Source: Candidatus Micrarchaeota archaeon (GTDB taxonomy: Archaea; Micrarchaeota; Micrarchaeia; Anstonellales; J096). From it: a DNA stretch of 64,000 nt. The stretch lies in the NCBI GenBank assembly GCA_015523325.1, contig WAKO01000015.1, forward strand, positions 9,812-73,811, in the 5' to 3' direction. Numbering within the stretch: the first letter of the stretch is position 1; every line of letters begins with the position of its first letter. The position numbers were made by a program, and so were the translations under genes. The notes below the pieces were generated by a model, which ran no database searches, was not told the DNA's origin, and was given only the letters and a program-made list of their open reading frames with translations. Below, one piece after another: positions 18,792-29,229 of this stretch.

Positions 18792-19946
18792 ATGAGTAGA
18801 GGAAGATACAAGAGAAGATGCTTAATAATAGCAGAAGGGAGAGGAGCCTGGTGTATAAGTAAGGGGGAAGGAATTTATTTAGACATAGCTCCTATAAACA
18901 TAATACAAGCTTGTATAAAGGCCAAGGAAGCTTTGGAAAGAGGAGAAAAGCCAATCCTTGTTTTTCAGATTGATAGAGGGAAAAGTACAGAAAGCTATTC
19001 ATTTCCAAAGAACTTTGAGGGAAGTTTAGAGATTTACAAAAGAGTTATGCCAATAGTTATTTTTCCAGAAAACCAAGCACACCTCAAGCAAAGGTTTTTA
19101 GGATTTAAGGATAGAGAGTTGGAAGAGTTCTTTGAAATAAAGGAAGAAATGAGCATGAAAGAATTTGAAGAGAAAACAACAAGAAAACTAGCATTATTCA
19201 CTTTGGAAAGATTAGGAATAAAGGATGATGTGCAAACTATCCTAATTAGATTTTCTCCTGATAAAAGAGGGCTTTGGGGAGAAAAAGTGAAAGAGCAGAT
19301 GGAATTTCTATTGGAGGGGGAGGCAAGAGAAGTTTATGAAAGAATTAAAAGGTTCAACACCTTTTTTATGATGAGAGGAAGAGATGCATATTCTATTCCA
19401 ATATTTTATGAATTTGATGGGAGGTTAATCTCCTTTCTCACCTATTCAATAAAAAGAGGAAGGAGAGTTAAAATATCAAAAGGGGGTGAATTAGGTAATG
19501 TAATATATGATCTAGAAGAATATATAGAGATCATAAAGAGTAGAGAGCTCTATATAAAATATCCTTTAGTTGTTCTAGATTATGTTCACCAATTTCTTGA
19601 AGTTTTTGGATTGAGTAAGAAGATAGAGCTAAGAAAGATAGTTGAGAGTACTGATGTTTCAGAATATTTGAAGAAAATTATTAAAGAAGAGGAAAAAAGG
19701 AAAGTTAGATTGGAAAGAGTTGTTTTTGTTGAGGGTGATGAAGGAGGAGTTAATGAACTAACTGGTGGAATTGCAGAGAAGTTTTTTGAGGAATTGGCAA
19801 AGGCTTTTTATGCAAGATATGAGAGGGTTATTTCCCTAGAGAGAAGCTCTATAGAAAGAGAAATGAAAAAACAAAGTCATAGGGAGCTAGTGGAATTAAT
19901 AATTAGATGGAATGGATTTATGAAAAGCTATTTGATTAATCCCTAG
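18792..19946 (+). CDS. Hypothetical protein
   Basis: 384 aa ORF; no family recognised. Confidence 0.55.
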   Translation: MSRGRYKRRCLIIAEGRGAWCISKGEGIYLDIAPINIIQACIKAKEALERGEKPILVFQIDRGKSTESYSFPKNFEGSLEIYKRVMPIVIFPENQAHLKQRFLGFKDRELEEFFEIKEEMSMKEFEEKTTRKLALFTLERLGIKDDVQTILIRFSPDKRGLWGEKVKEQMEFLLEGEAREVYERIKRFNTFFMMRGRDAYSIPIFYEFDGRLISFLTYSIKRGRRVKISKGGELGNVIYDLEEYIEIIKSRELYIKYPLVVLDYVHQFLEVFGLSKKIELRKIVESTDVSEYLKKIIKEEEKRKVRLERVVFVEGDEGGVNELTGGIAEKFFEELAKAFYARYERVISLERSSIEREMKKQSHRELVELIIRWNGFMKSYLINP

Positions 19947-20007
19947 AGAGTATTTAAATGCAAGAAAAGCAAGAGGTTTTTAAATTAAGAGAGAGAATAA
20001 AAATTAA

Positions 20008-21252
20008 ATGAAAAATGGAGGAAAAGAAAGCTATTATGTTGAATTAATAAAAGCAAAAAGAAGAAAATGGCTCGAGATATTTAGAGGACTTAAAGATAAT
20101 ATAAAAGCAAATGTGTTTAGGAAACTCCCTAAAAAAACTAAAAAAGAGATATTAGAGAGCATTCCTACAAATGAAGCGCTAAAGTTCATTCATTTTTTTG
20201 ATTATGATGAGATAGCAGATTACCTTCAATTAATAGGAGAAGAGAAAAGGCAAAAAATCCTTAAGGGATTGGAAAAAGAGATAAAGGAAAAGGTTAAATT
20301 CCTATTAAGATTTGACCCAAATACTGCTGGAGGGTTGATGGACTTAAATTATATAATTGTGGATGTTGAAGAAACTATTGGAGAAGTCCTAAAAAAAGTA
20401 AAAAACCATACTAAAAGAGTTGGAAAGTTTCCTGTGATTTTAGCAATAGAAAGAGGAAAGCTTAAAGGAGAGCTCCCTCCGTATTTACTTGGGTTTCTAA
20501 GGAAGAATCAAAAAGTTAAGAATAACATAAGGAGAGTCCCCCATGTTTATTACTATGAGGAAGAGGAAAAGATAATAAAAAAGTTTAGAAGCCACCCTCA
20601 CAATAAAGTAGTTGTTTTGGATGAAGATGGGAGTGTTTTAGGAGTTATTTTTTCTGAAGATATATTGAAGTTGATAGATAAGGATACGCTATCTGAATTT
20701 GCTGGAATAAAAGGAGAGGAAAGTCTTGCTAACTATGTGGAAAAGGTTAGGTTTAGGTATAGGTGGCTTATAATAAATCTTTTTACAGGTTTTTTGGCTG
20801 CTTTTGTTGTTAGCTTGTTTGAGGAAACGATAAAGAAAGCTGTTGTGCTAGCCTCTTATATGCCAATAATAGCTGGGATGGGAGGAAATGCGGCAACCCA
20901 AACCTTAGCTGTTGTTGTAAGAGGTTTGGCTTTAAATGAAATAAGCTTTGATAAAGTGAAGGATTTATTAGTTAATGAAGTATTAGCTGGAATAGTAAAT
21001 GGGGTAATAAATGGATTAATTATACTAGTCGTAGCTCTAATATTTAATCAAAATCCTATTATAGGAGCTATAGCTTTTGTGGCCATGGTTTCAAATTTAG
21101 TTGTGGCGGCTTTTTTTGGAACAATAATTCCATTGATATTGAAAAAATTGGGAAAAGATCCTGCTTCCTCAGCCTCTATTTTCATAACTACTGCTACTGA
21201 CGTTTTTGGATTCCTTACATTTTTAGGGCTGGCTAAGGTTTTTTTAGGATAA
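20008..21252 (+). CDS. mgtE: Magnesium transporter MgtE
   Basis: TAGGLM, CBS region, R.RWLIINL, PIIAGMGGNAATQT, DPASSASIFITTATDVFG. Confidence 0.95.
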   Translation: MKNGGKESYYVELIKAKRRKWLEIFRGLKDNIKANVFRKLPKKTKKEILESIPTNEALKFIHFFDYDEIADYLQLIGEEKRQKILKGLEKEIKEKVKFLLRFDPNTAGGLMDLNYIIVDVEETIGEVLKKVKNHTKRVGKFPVILAIERGKLKGELPPYLLGFLRKNQKVKNNIRRVPHVYYYEEEEKIIKKFRSHPHNKVVVLDEDGSVLGVIFSEDILKLIDKDTLSEFAGIKGEESLANYVEKVRFRYRWLIINLFTGFLAAFVVSLFEETIKKAVVLASYMPIIAGMGGNAATQTLAVVVRGLALNEISFDKVKDLLVNEVLAGIVNGVINGLIILVVALIFNQNPIIGAIAFVAMVSNLVVAAFFGTIIPLILKKLGKDPASSASIFITTATDVFGFLTFLGLAKVFLG

Positions 21253-21263
21253 GTTTTAAAGCT

Positions 21264-21289
21264 TGCTAAATGCGTTTAGCAGGGTTTTT
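21264..21289. terminator. Small hairpin plus T tract between convergent mgtE and 16S transcripts
   Basis: TGCTAAA-TGCG-TTTAGCA followed by gggttttt. Confidence 0.3.
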
Positions 21290-21390
21290 AAATGAGTTGA
21301 GGTGCTTCAGAAGTTGTTTTTCCTACAAGAACTCTTAATCTATGAGAATTTCTAATACAAGTACAAGAATTGAAAAAGTTAGAATACAGG

Positions 21391-21421
21391 TGGAGGCTTT
21401 AGTTTGGGCTAGGAGTTGGAA
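21391..21421 (-). other. 3' arm of the pre-16S processing stem (bulge-helix-bulge)
   Basis: Complementary to 22983..23013 except for two 3-nt bulges. Confidence 0.85.
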
Positions 21422-21440
21422 AGGCCCCTTGCACTTAAAC

Positions 21441-22934
<1,494 letters not shown>

Positions 22935-22982
22935 CAATCCTGCAACTGGGAATTGGGGAGTTGTTTAAGGCGGGTACACCAC

Positions 22983-23013
22983 TTCCAACTCCTGTTAGCC
23001 CCTAAAGCCTCCA
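22983..23013 (-). other. 5' arm of the pre-16S processing stem (bulge-helix-bulge)
   Basis: Transcript UGGAGGCUUUAG-GGGCU-AAC-AGGAGUUGGAA pairs with the trailer. Confidence 0.85.
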
Positions 23014-23076
23014 TCCCATTTCCAGCAGGAAATGTTCATTAATTAATAAGCAATTCTTTCTTTAATTCACAAAGTA

Positions 23077-23092
23077 TTTTTAAATGTTTCTC
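23077..23092 (-). promoter_or_regulatory. Putative BRE/TATA promoter of the 16S gene
   Basis: Minus strand GAGAAACA-TTTAAAAA just upstream of the structured leader. Confidence 0.45.
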
Positions 23093-23221
23093 TAAGTAAA
23101 AACCATCCTTTTTTAGCTACTTTCCCCCTGCAAGGGGAATGTTTTTTAAATGAAAGAAAATAGAGGGAGAAATACCAAAAACAACTAATAAGCTTAAATA
23201 ATTAAATAGTAAAACTGGTTT

Positions 23222-23653
23222 ATGGATGAGCTTGATATTGAGATTGTGAAAGAGCTTGAGAGAGAGAAGAGGAGTTTGAGAGGGCTTAGCAGGTTTCTAA
23301 GAGTTCCTATTACAACACTACATAATAGGATAAAGAAGCTTGAAAAAAAGGGAGTAATAAAGAAGTATAAAGCTGAAGTGGATTGGGAAGCTTTAGGGTT
23401 TAAGGTTTTTGCGTACGTGTTGATTTATGTAGATGCTACTGAGCTAAAAAAGTTGAACAAAAGCCAACAGGATATTAAGAATGCCTTGCTATCTTTTGAA
23501 TTCGTAGAGGAATGTCACATAATTACTGGAGATGCTGATTTAATAGCTAAGCTAAAAGCAAAGAGCACAAAAGAGCTGGGAGAATTAATAACAAAGAATA
23601 TTCAAAGCATAATGGGAATATCTAAAACAAAAACATTAATATGTATAGACTGA
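23222..23653 (+). CDS. Lrp/AsnC family transcriptional regulator
   Basis: MDELDIEIV, HTH TLHNRIKKLEKKGVI, ECHIITGDAD. Confidence 0.93.
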   Translation: MDELDIEIVKELEREKRSLRGLSRFLRVPITTLHNRIKKLEKKGVIKKYKAEVDWEALGFKVFAYVLIYVDATELKKLNKSQQDIKNALLSFEFVEECHIITGDADLIAKLKAKSTKELGELITKNIQSIMGISKTKTLICID

Positions 23654-23691
23654 ATACAAAACAAAAGTTAAATTAAGACAAGATACTAATT

Positions 23692-24003
23692 TTATTTTAA
23701 AGATTCCTTTACCCATTTTAAATAGGGTGGAAAAGCTTCGGCATCAAAAAATATTATTTCTGGACATTCATAATTATGGAGCTCTTTTATTCTACCCTCA
23801 ACAAGCTCCTTCTTAGTTTTCAAAGTTTTTATTATTAGCAAAAACTCCTCTGAGGTTTCCAAAGAATTCTTCCAAAAATAGGAAGAAGAAACCTTAAAAT
23901 AGCTTATACAAGCAGCCAACTTTTCTTTTAACAAATCATCCTTTATTGATTCTAAAACCTCCTTACTATTAGTTGTTGTTATGCAAATCACTATTTCTCC
24001 CAT
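23692..24003 (-). CDS. cutA: Divalent-cation tolerance protein CutA
   Basis: LLKEKLAAC, SSYFWK, LIIKT, LHNYECPEI. Confidence 0.92.
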   Translation of the reverse strand: MGEIVICITTTNSKEVLESIKDDLLKEKLAACISYFKVSSSYFWKNSLETSEEFLLIIKTLKTKKELVEGRIKELHNYECPEIIFFDAEAFPPYLKWVKESLK

Positions 24004-24053
24004 ATTATCCCTTCACAATAAACACTAATCTAGCCAAGCCTAAATAAGCACGG

Positions 24054-25013
24054 TTAATTTTTGCTTAATTTAATACTTTTTAAAATCTTTCTTATCTCTT
24101 TCTTATTCTCATTTTCTTGAACAAGGCCTTTATCATAAAGATATAAAAACAACTTCCCCCTCCTTTTCCTAACTTCAATAGGAACCTCAAAATCTTCTCC
24201 TTTGTATATCAAATCTATTGGAGTTTTTCCATCTTTATTCTCATAAAACCATGAACTATCTTTTCCCAGTACTTTAAAGGCATTTTCAACAAATCCCATA
24301 TTCCTCACAGCTATTGCAAAATGCAAAGGTAAATTTCCATAAATATCTGGAGAAGATAGCAAATGTGAAAATCCCTTCTCAATTAAAAAGTCAAACTTCT
24401 CCTTAATTTTTAAGAAAAAATTAAACTCAAAGGAAAGTAGGGCTATATTATGCATTATATTTTCCTCATTAAAAATATTTCTTTCTTCAAAAGCTGATCT
24501 TTTCTTTTCGTAAATAAAATCAAAAATATCCAAATCCTCTGAGGATAAAGCATAAACTACAAACTTATTACCACTTTTATCAACTAAAGAGAAAAGCTTA
24601 TCTCCAACTAATTCATAAAAAGAGCAGATAAAAGAAAGGTTATTGATACATCCAAAGATATGTGGATGCAAACCTCCTAATATATCATCTTCAGTTAAAG
24701 AAAACTTATGCTTATTTTCCCAAAAAAACCTCAACACTTCAATACTTGAAAATTGATATGAATTTCTTATTAAAAACTCTAAAAAAGCTTTAGTTGTTTT
24801 AACCCTTTCTAGGGAAAGAACTAGGTTTTCTACATCATCTTTCTCCAAACATTTTAGGAAAAGCTGTTCAAAATAGTCCCTTTTAGATAAGTATTCCTCT
24901 AAAGGCCCATAAGAGGGGGAGTAATTAAACATATCAAATTTTTTGTAGGGGTAAGAATTCTTTTTATTTTGCCCTTTTGGAGAGATATTTTTTGTTTTTC
25001 CCATCTCCTTCAT
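24054..25013 (-). CDS. Divergent ankyrin-repeat protein
   Basis: DIYGNLPLHFAI, NKDGKTPIDL, ENIMHNIA. Confidence 0.65.
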   Translation of the reverse strand: MKEMGKTKNISPKGQNKKNSYPYKKFDMFNYSPSYGPLEEYLSKRDYFEQLFLKCLEKDDVENLVLSLERVKTTKAFLEFLIRNSYQFSSIEVLRFFWENKHKFSLTEDDILGGLHPHIFGCINNLSFICSFYELVGDKLFSLVDKSGNKFVVYALSSEDLDIFDFIYEKKRSAFEERNIFNEENIMHNIALLSFEFNFFLKIKEKFDFLIEKGFSHLLSSPDIYGNLPLHFAIAVRNMGFVENAFKVLGKDSSWFYENKDGKTPIDLIYKGEDFEVPIEVRKRRGKLFLYLYDKGLVQENENKKEIRKILKSIKLSKN

Positions 25014-25017
25014 CAGC

Positions 25018-25072
25018 GCTCAGCGCTCCAGATATTCATCACTAATCAGGAAACCTGCGTTTCATCACTACT
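25018..25072 (-). ncRNA. Box C/D sRNA (2'-O-methylation guide), probable tRNA-Trp targets
   Basis: Minus strand: C GTGATGA (25068-25062), guide AACGCAGGTTTC, D' CTGA, TTA, C' GTGATGA, guide ATATCTGGAGCG, D CTGA (25023-25020); four perfect boxes and two 12-nt guides. Confidence 0.9.
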
Positions 25073-25088
25073 CTTATTTCTCAGTTAA

Positions 25089-25099
25089 AATTTAAAAAT
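25089..25099 (-). promoter_or_regulatory. Putative TATA box for the C/D sRNA
   Basis: TTTTTAAAT about 25 nt upstream of box C. Confidence 0.45.
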
Positions 25100-25119
25100 A
25101 GAGTTCCATAATTATCTCT

Positions 25120-25791
25120 TTAATTTTTTATCAAGTCTAAGGCTTCTTCAACTCTTGAAAGCTCAAAACCAGTTGTTAAGGAATTAACAACACAGCCCTT
25201 ATCATTAGCAATAACTCCTAACTTTATGAATTGAGAACCAAGGCTTATGCTTCCCCTCAAAGGAGAGACCTTAAGAGCTTTCTTTATTATCTCTAACTCT
25301 TCATCACTTGCTTTATAAGAAACTAATGCCCCTCTGTTATTAACAACTAAAAGAGAGGCAATTGCTTTATAATTTGCTAAAGATGTTTGAAAGAACTCCA
25401 AACCAGTTTTATCCTCAAGCTCCCTTAAGGCTTCTTTTCCTAAATAAGGAGAGGCTATCCCTCCTTTATCATTAACAGCAATAAGATTACCTAAAGCTGT
25501 TAAAGGAAAGTTCTTTTTTGAAAGCACTATGACTTCCAAATACTCCTTAAAAATTTCTAGCTCTTGTTTTTCAGTAAAATAAGGAAGTAAAACAAACCCA
25601 GAATTTATTACTCCATAAATGCCTAAAAGAGGAGAGTCAAATATCGTTGTTTTTATTGGAAAAACATTTAAGTTATCCTCTATCTCCTCAATTATCTTTG
25701 TTGGAGAGGATGGGGGAAAAAACAAAAATTCATTATTTACAAGAAAAAAAGCACCAATGTTGGGATTTCCATTAAAGCTAAGCCTTCTCAT
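25120..25791 (-). CDS. eif6: Translation initiation factor aIF6
   Basis: GNPNIG, ALGNLIAVNDKG, ANDKG, TTGFELSRVEEAL; lies after rpl31e. Confidence 0.93.
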   Translation of the reverse strand: MRRLSFNGNPNIGAFFLVNNEFLFFPPSSPTKIIEEIEDNLNVFPIKTTIFDSPLLGIYGVINSGFVLLPYFTEKQELEIFKEYLEVIVLSKKNFPLTALGNLIAVNDKGGIASPYLGKEALRELEDKTGLEFFQTSLANYKAIASLLVVNNRGALVSYKASDEELEIIKKALKVSPLRGSISLGSQFIKLGVIANDKGCVVNSLTTGFELSRVEEALDLIKN

Positions 25792-26237
25792 TTTTTATCT
25801 TTTTCCTTTTTGTTTTGGGTTTTAGTTTCCTTATGTTCTGACTTTTCTTCTTCTTTCTCCTTTTCATTTTGCCTATTTTCTTTTTTCCCCTCTTTTTTAC
25901 CTTCTCCCTTCACATCCCCAACTTTTTTCTGTTTATTTTTCTCTTCCTTTTTCTCCATTTCCTTATTTTCCTCTAGCTTCTCCTCTGGAAGTAAAACAAA
26001 AGCAATTTCCTCTTTTTTTAGAATCTTTACTCTAATTTTTCTTGGAGGTTTTTCAATACTACTTTTCCAAACAAGAGAATTCACTCTTTCGCTTATTTTA
26101 ATGCTTGAAGGGGAAACCTTTGCATGCCTAACTACAAATGCTCTTATTTCTTTAATTGCTCTAGGAGCTCTTTTCTTTCTTGGCTTCTCATAAACATTTC
26201 CCAAAGAAATAGTGTAGATTGCCTCCTCACCTTTCAT
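25788..26237 (-). CDS. rpl31e: 50S ribosomal protein L31e with a charged C-terminal tail
   Basis: IYTISL, KKRAPRAIKEIRAFV.RH, VW..SIEKPPRKIRVK. Confidence 0.93.
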   Translation of the reverse strand: MKGEEAIYTISLGNVYEKPRKKRAPRAIKEIRAFVVRHAKVSPSSIKISERVNSLVWKSSIEKPPRKIRVKILKKEEIAFVLLPEEKLEENKEMEKKEEKNKQKKVGDVKGEGKKEGKKENRQNEKEKEEEKSEHKETKTQNKKEKDKK

Positions 26238-26255
26238 AAGACCCCTCTTTATTTT

Positions 26256-26441
26256 CTAGTTTTTATTTTTTAAATTCCTTCTTAGATTTCTAGTTAAAAG
26301 TTTATCTCTCCTCCAATTTCTCCTAAATTTGTTTCTAACTACTTTTCTCCCGCTCTTTGCTACAACAAAGAGAGGGATTCTCCTATTTCTCTTATTTCTC
26401 TTTATTAACCAAAGTTTTATCTCTAAATTATTCTTTGCCAT
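26256..26441 (-). CDS. rpl39e: 50S ribosomal protein L39e
   Basis: KRNRRIPLFVVAKS...RRNWRR; conserved L39e-L31e-aIF6 order; ATG at 26441. Confidence 0.9.
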   Translation of the reverse strand: MAKNNLEIKLWLIKRNKRNRRIPLFVVAKSGRKVVRNKFRRNWRRDKLLTRNLRRNLKNKN

Positions 26442-26522
26442 AAAACCCACCAACTACCAAATATGGCTAGCTTTCTGACTTTAAAGATATATTATGCAAG
26501 CCTTTAAAAACTTATTGAAAAA

Positions 26523-26846
26523 CTAAAGCTTCCCCCTTCTCCCTTTATTTTTTTCTTTTCTTTTTAGTTTTTCCTTCTTTAGTTGTTCCCCTCTAAGTTG
26601 TTCTTGTTCTTCTTTTTCTTTAAAGTATTTCCAAACCTTATAAGCTAAGTAAATAGTGCTCAACGCTATCAAAAGTAGTAAAGCAATCTCTAAATAAGTG
26701 AAGAGAGGGTCTTGAGAAACAACAACCTTTAATGTAGTAGTTTCATTTGCAACTACTTCCACGTTATCAACGAAAATGCTTTCATTGTTTAGGATTACTA
26801 TGCTTTGAGCTGTTAAATTCCTAAATAAATTCCTCACTATTTTCAT
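26523..26846 (-). CDS. Small single-TM hypothetical protein
   Basis: One hydrophobic helix followed by a basic tail; 8 nt downstream of the fibre-like gene. Confidence 0.55.
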   Translation of the reverse strand: MKIVRNLFRNLTAQSIVILNNESIFVDNVEVVANETTTLKVVVSQDPLFTYLEIALLLLIALSTIYLAYKVWKYFKEKEEQEQLRGEQLKKEKLKRKEKNKGRRGKL

Positions 26847-26854
26847 TCTTCCAC

Positions 26855-28324
26855 CTAGTTAACTTTACATATGAAAAAGCTTGTGAAAGCTTCTTCCTTA
26901 ATATTGGAAATTGATGATGGTTTTCCATTAGAATATGAGAAAAGCATCTGTAATTTATCTCCTTTCCTTAAATAGAGTAGTTCTGAGATTGTAACAGCAT
27001 GAGTGTATGGAACAATTTTATTGGAAGGAATTTGAATAGGATAGGATTTAACAATTTTTCCATTAACTAAAAAATCCACCTTTCCAACAAAATCAACAGA
27101 TACTGACTCAAAGAATAAAACAAATGTCAAAGTCATATCATAATAACCATCTTTTCCTATTATTAGGGTTTCCTTTAAAACATCAGGAGGAGAGCTCTCC
27201 AAATCAGCTGTTTGGAATAGGGAAGAGGTTAAAGGATCTCTAACAGAATTACTTCCCTCTAGCTCAATAAAAACTTTGCTAGAAGGAATTTTATAGCTTG
27301 TTGTGTAAGAATATTTTGCACATATAGGAACTGCATTTATATGTCCCCCAACATCCAATGCATATTCATTCTCATAAGAAGTTTTGTTAACTACTAAAGT
27401 TTCTTTATTCCAAGTCAAGGAAACATCGCTATCTAAAGTTCCTCCATCTGAAAAAATAATGGAGTTGTTATTAAATGGCATATTTGAAACTAAATTGAAG
27501 TATTCCAAATAGCTCAAATGATATCTCTCATTGGAGTTTCCTCCTTGAAGTCCTGCTAATTGGTTATGAGGGGGAATTGAAGAGCTTATGGACCTAAAAG
27601 TTAAACCTGTCTCATCATTTTTCACCATAACAAACTTTCCACCTTCTCCAGCATAAGAGGAAGGGGTGTCACTCAAATTCAAGAAAGAATAATTAGAAGG
27701 AAAGCCTGAAGAAAAATTGTTAATTAGGTTTTCTATCTCTCTCTGCGATGTGAAAATAAGAGAATCAACATATTTTTTGGTAACCAAAGTTCTTTGAGGA
27801 TCTACAGGTTGAGGATAGGAGATTATGTTATCAACAACTTCCCCTTTTTGAAGAGATATTGGTTTAGAAAAGGTTGCTTTTTCTCCTTCAACAACAATAA
27901 AAGAAAGCTCATTAAGTCTACTCTCTAAAGCATCAACTACAAGTTGTAACTCCCACACCCACTCCCCTACTTTCTTTAAGAGAGGATTTAAAGTAGAAAA
28001 AATTGGTTTTCTCTCTCTTTTTTTAACCCCCCAATCAACTTCAACATTATTAATAACATACTCCTTCCAATATAATTCCTCAACTTTCATGTTTGAGTTT
28101 TCCTCAATTCTCCAAGAATTAAACTCATCAGTAGTTGTATAAAACTTTTCTAACATTCTTCCTCCAACTTCTGAGTCAAATATCATTATTTCCAAAGAGG
28201 AGTTAGAATAATTCCCAAAGATTCTTCCTTCCTCTTTATAAATTATGGCTCCAGAGCTTAAGGCCAGAATAATTAAAGAAAGAGAAAACACGTAAAAAAG
28301 CCCTCTCGAATGGAGCAGGTTCAC
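26855..28324 (-). CDS. Secreted tail-fibre-like protein with C1q/TNF-like C-terminal domain
   Basis: Signal/anchor helix; LVTKKYVD, FLNLSDTPSSYAGEGGKFVMV, HNQLAGLQGG...YHL, ALDVGG; C-terminal DGYY...LLYLRKGDKL...FFICKV. Confidence 0.6.
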   Translation of the reverse strand: MNLLHSRGLFYVFSLSLIILALSSGAIIYKEEGRIFGNYSNSSLEIMIFDSEVGGRMLEKFYTTTDEFNSWRIEENSNMKVEELYWKEYVINNVEVDWGVKKRERKPIFSTLNPLLKKVGEWVWELQLVVDALESRLNELSFIVVEGEKATFSKPISLQKGEVVDNIISYPQPVDPQRTLVTKKYVDSLIFTSQREIENLINNFSSGFPSNYSFLNLSDTPSSYAGEGGKFVMVKNDETGLTFRSISSSIPPHNQLAGLQGGNSNERYHLSYLEYFNLVSNMPFNNNSIIFSDGGTLDSDVSLTWNKETLVVNKTSYENEYALDVGGHINAVPICAKYSYTTSYKIPSSKVFIELEGSNSVRDPLTSSLFQTADLESSPPDVLKETLIIGKDGYYDMTLTFVLFFESVSVDFVGKVDFLVNGKIVKSYPIQIPSNKIVPYTHAVTISELLYLRKGDKLQMLFSYSNGKPSSISNIKEEAFTSFFICKVN

Positions 28325-28441
28325 AAAGATAACTTTTAAGGCAAAGGTTTAAAAACAATTAAGAGAGGGATGGGGTTATAAATCTTTGATAATAGAGCAT
28401 ATAAAAAAGTTTTTAATAAGTTGCAAACTTATAGGAAAAGT

Positions 28442-28852
28442 ATGTCAATCAAAATGGAAAGTTATGAAGAGATGTTAAAAGAACTTTACTCTAAACTTCC
28501 TTCAAAAATAAAGAGGAAAGAAAGGTTTGAGATGCCAGAGGTTGTGAGCTATATTGAAGGAAAAAAGACGATATTCAAAAACTTTTCCAGCATAGCACAA
28601 AAGATTAGGAGAAGGGAAGAGATGTTTGCAAAATTCCTAAGTAAAGAGCTCGGAGTCCCTGTAAAAAAAGAAGGAAGTGTTTTAGTACTTCAAAGAAAAA
28701 TAAATAATAGACTTCTTCAACAAAAAGTAAACATCTTTATAAAAGAGTATGTTATATGTCTTGAATGTAATAGGCCTGATACAAATATTAGGGGAGAAGG
28801 AGTAAAGATGCTTGTATGTGAAGCATGTGGAGCTAGGAGGCCGATAAAGTGA
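28442..28852 (+). CDS. eif2b: Translation initiation factor aIF2 beta
   Basis: YEEML, ERFEMP, KELG, EYVICLECNRPDT, CEACGA; start taken at first ATG. Confidence 0.95.
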   Translation: MSIKMESYEEMLKELYSKLPSKIKRKERFEMPEVVSYIEGKKTIFKNFSSIAQKIRRREEMFAKFLSKELGVPVKKEGSVLVLQRKINNRLLQQKVNIFIKEYVICLECNRPDTNIRGEGVKMLVCEACGARRPIK

Positions 28853-29163
28853 AGGGAAGAGAAGAACAACCAATAGACATTGGAAAATCCATTAGGCTTC
28901 CTAAAAAAGAAGAGAATGAGCTATTGGCTTTTGTTATCGCAGAGCTAGGAGGAGCTAGAATGCAATGTTTTTGTGAAGATGGGAAGGAAAGAATATGCAG
29001 AGTTCCAGGAAGGTTAAAGAGGAAAATTTGGGTAAAGGAGGGAGATGTGGTTATAGTAAAACCTTGGGAAGTTGAAGGGGAGAAGAGAGGAGATATAATT
29101 TGGAGGTACAAGAAGCTAGAAGTAGAATGGCTTAGGAAAAAAGGAATGTTGAACTTCTACTGA
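28849..29163 (+). CDS. eif1a: Translation initiation factor aIF1A
   Basis: LGGARM, CEDGKERICRVPGRLKRKIWVKEGDVVIV.PW, GDIIWRY. Confidence 0.96.
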   Translation: MKGREEQPIDIGKSIRLPKKEENELLAFVIAELGGARMQCFCEDGKERICRVPGRLKRKIWVKEGDVVIVKPWEVEGEKRGDIIWRYKKLEVEWLRKKGMLNFY

Positions 29164-29229
29164 ATTATTGAATTGGGCTCTGTTTGTTTCAGATTTTAGA
29201 AAGTTTTCAAGGAGTTTGAGGAGAAAAGA

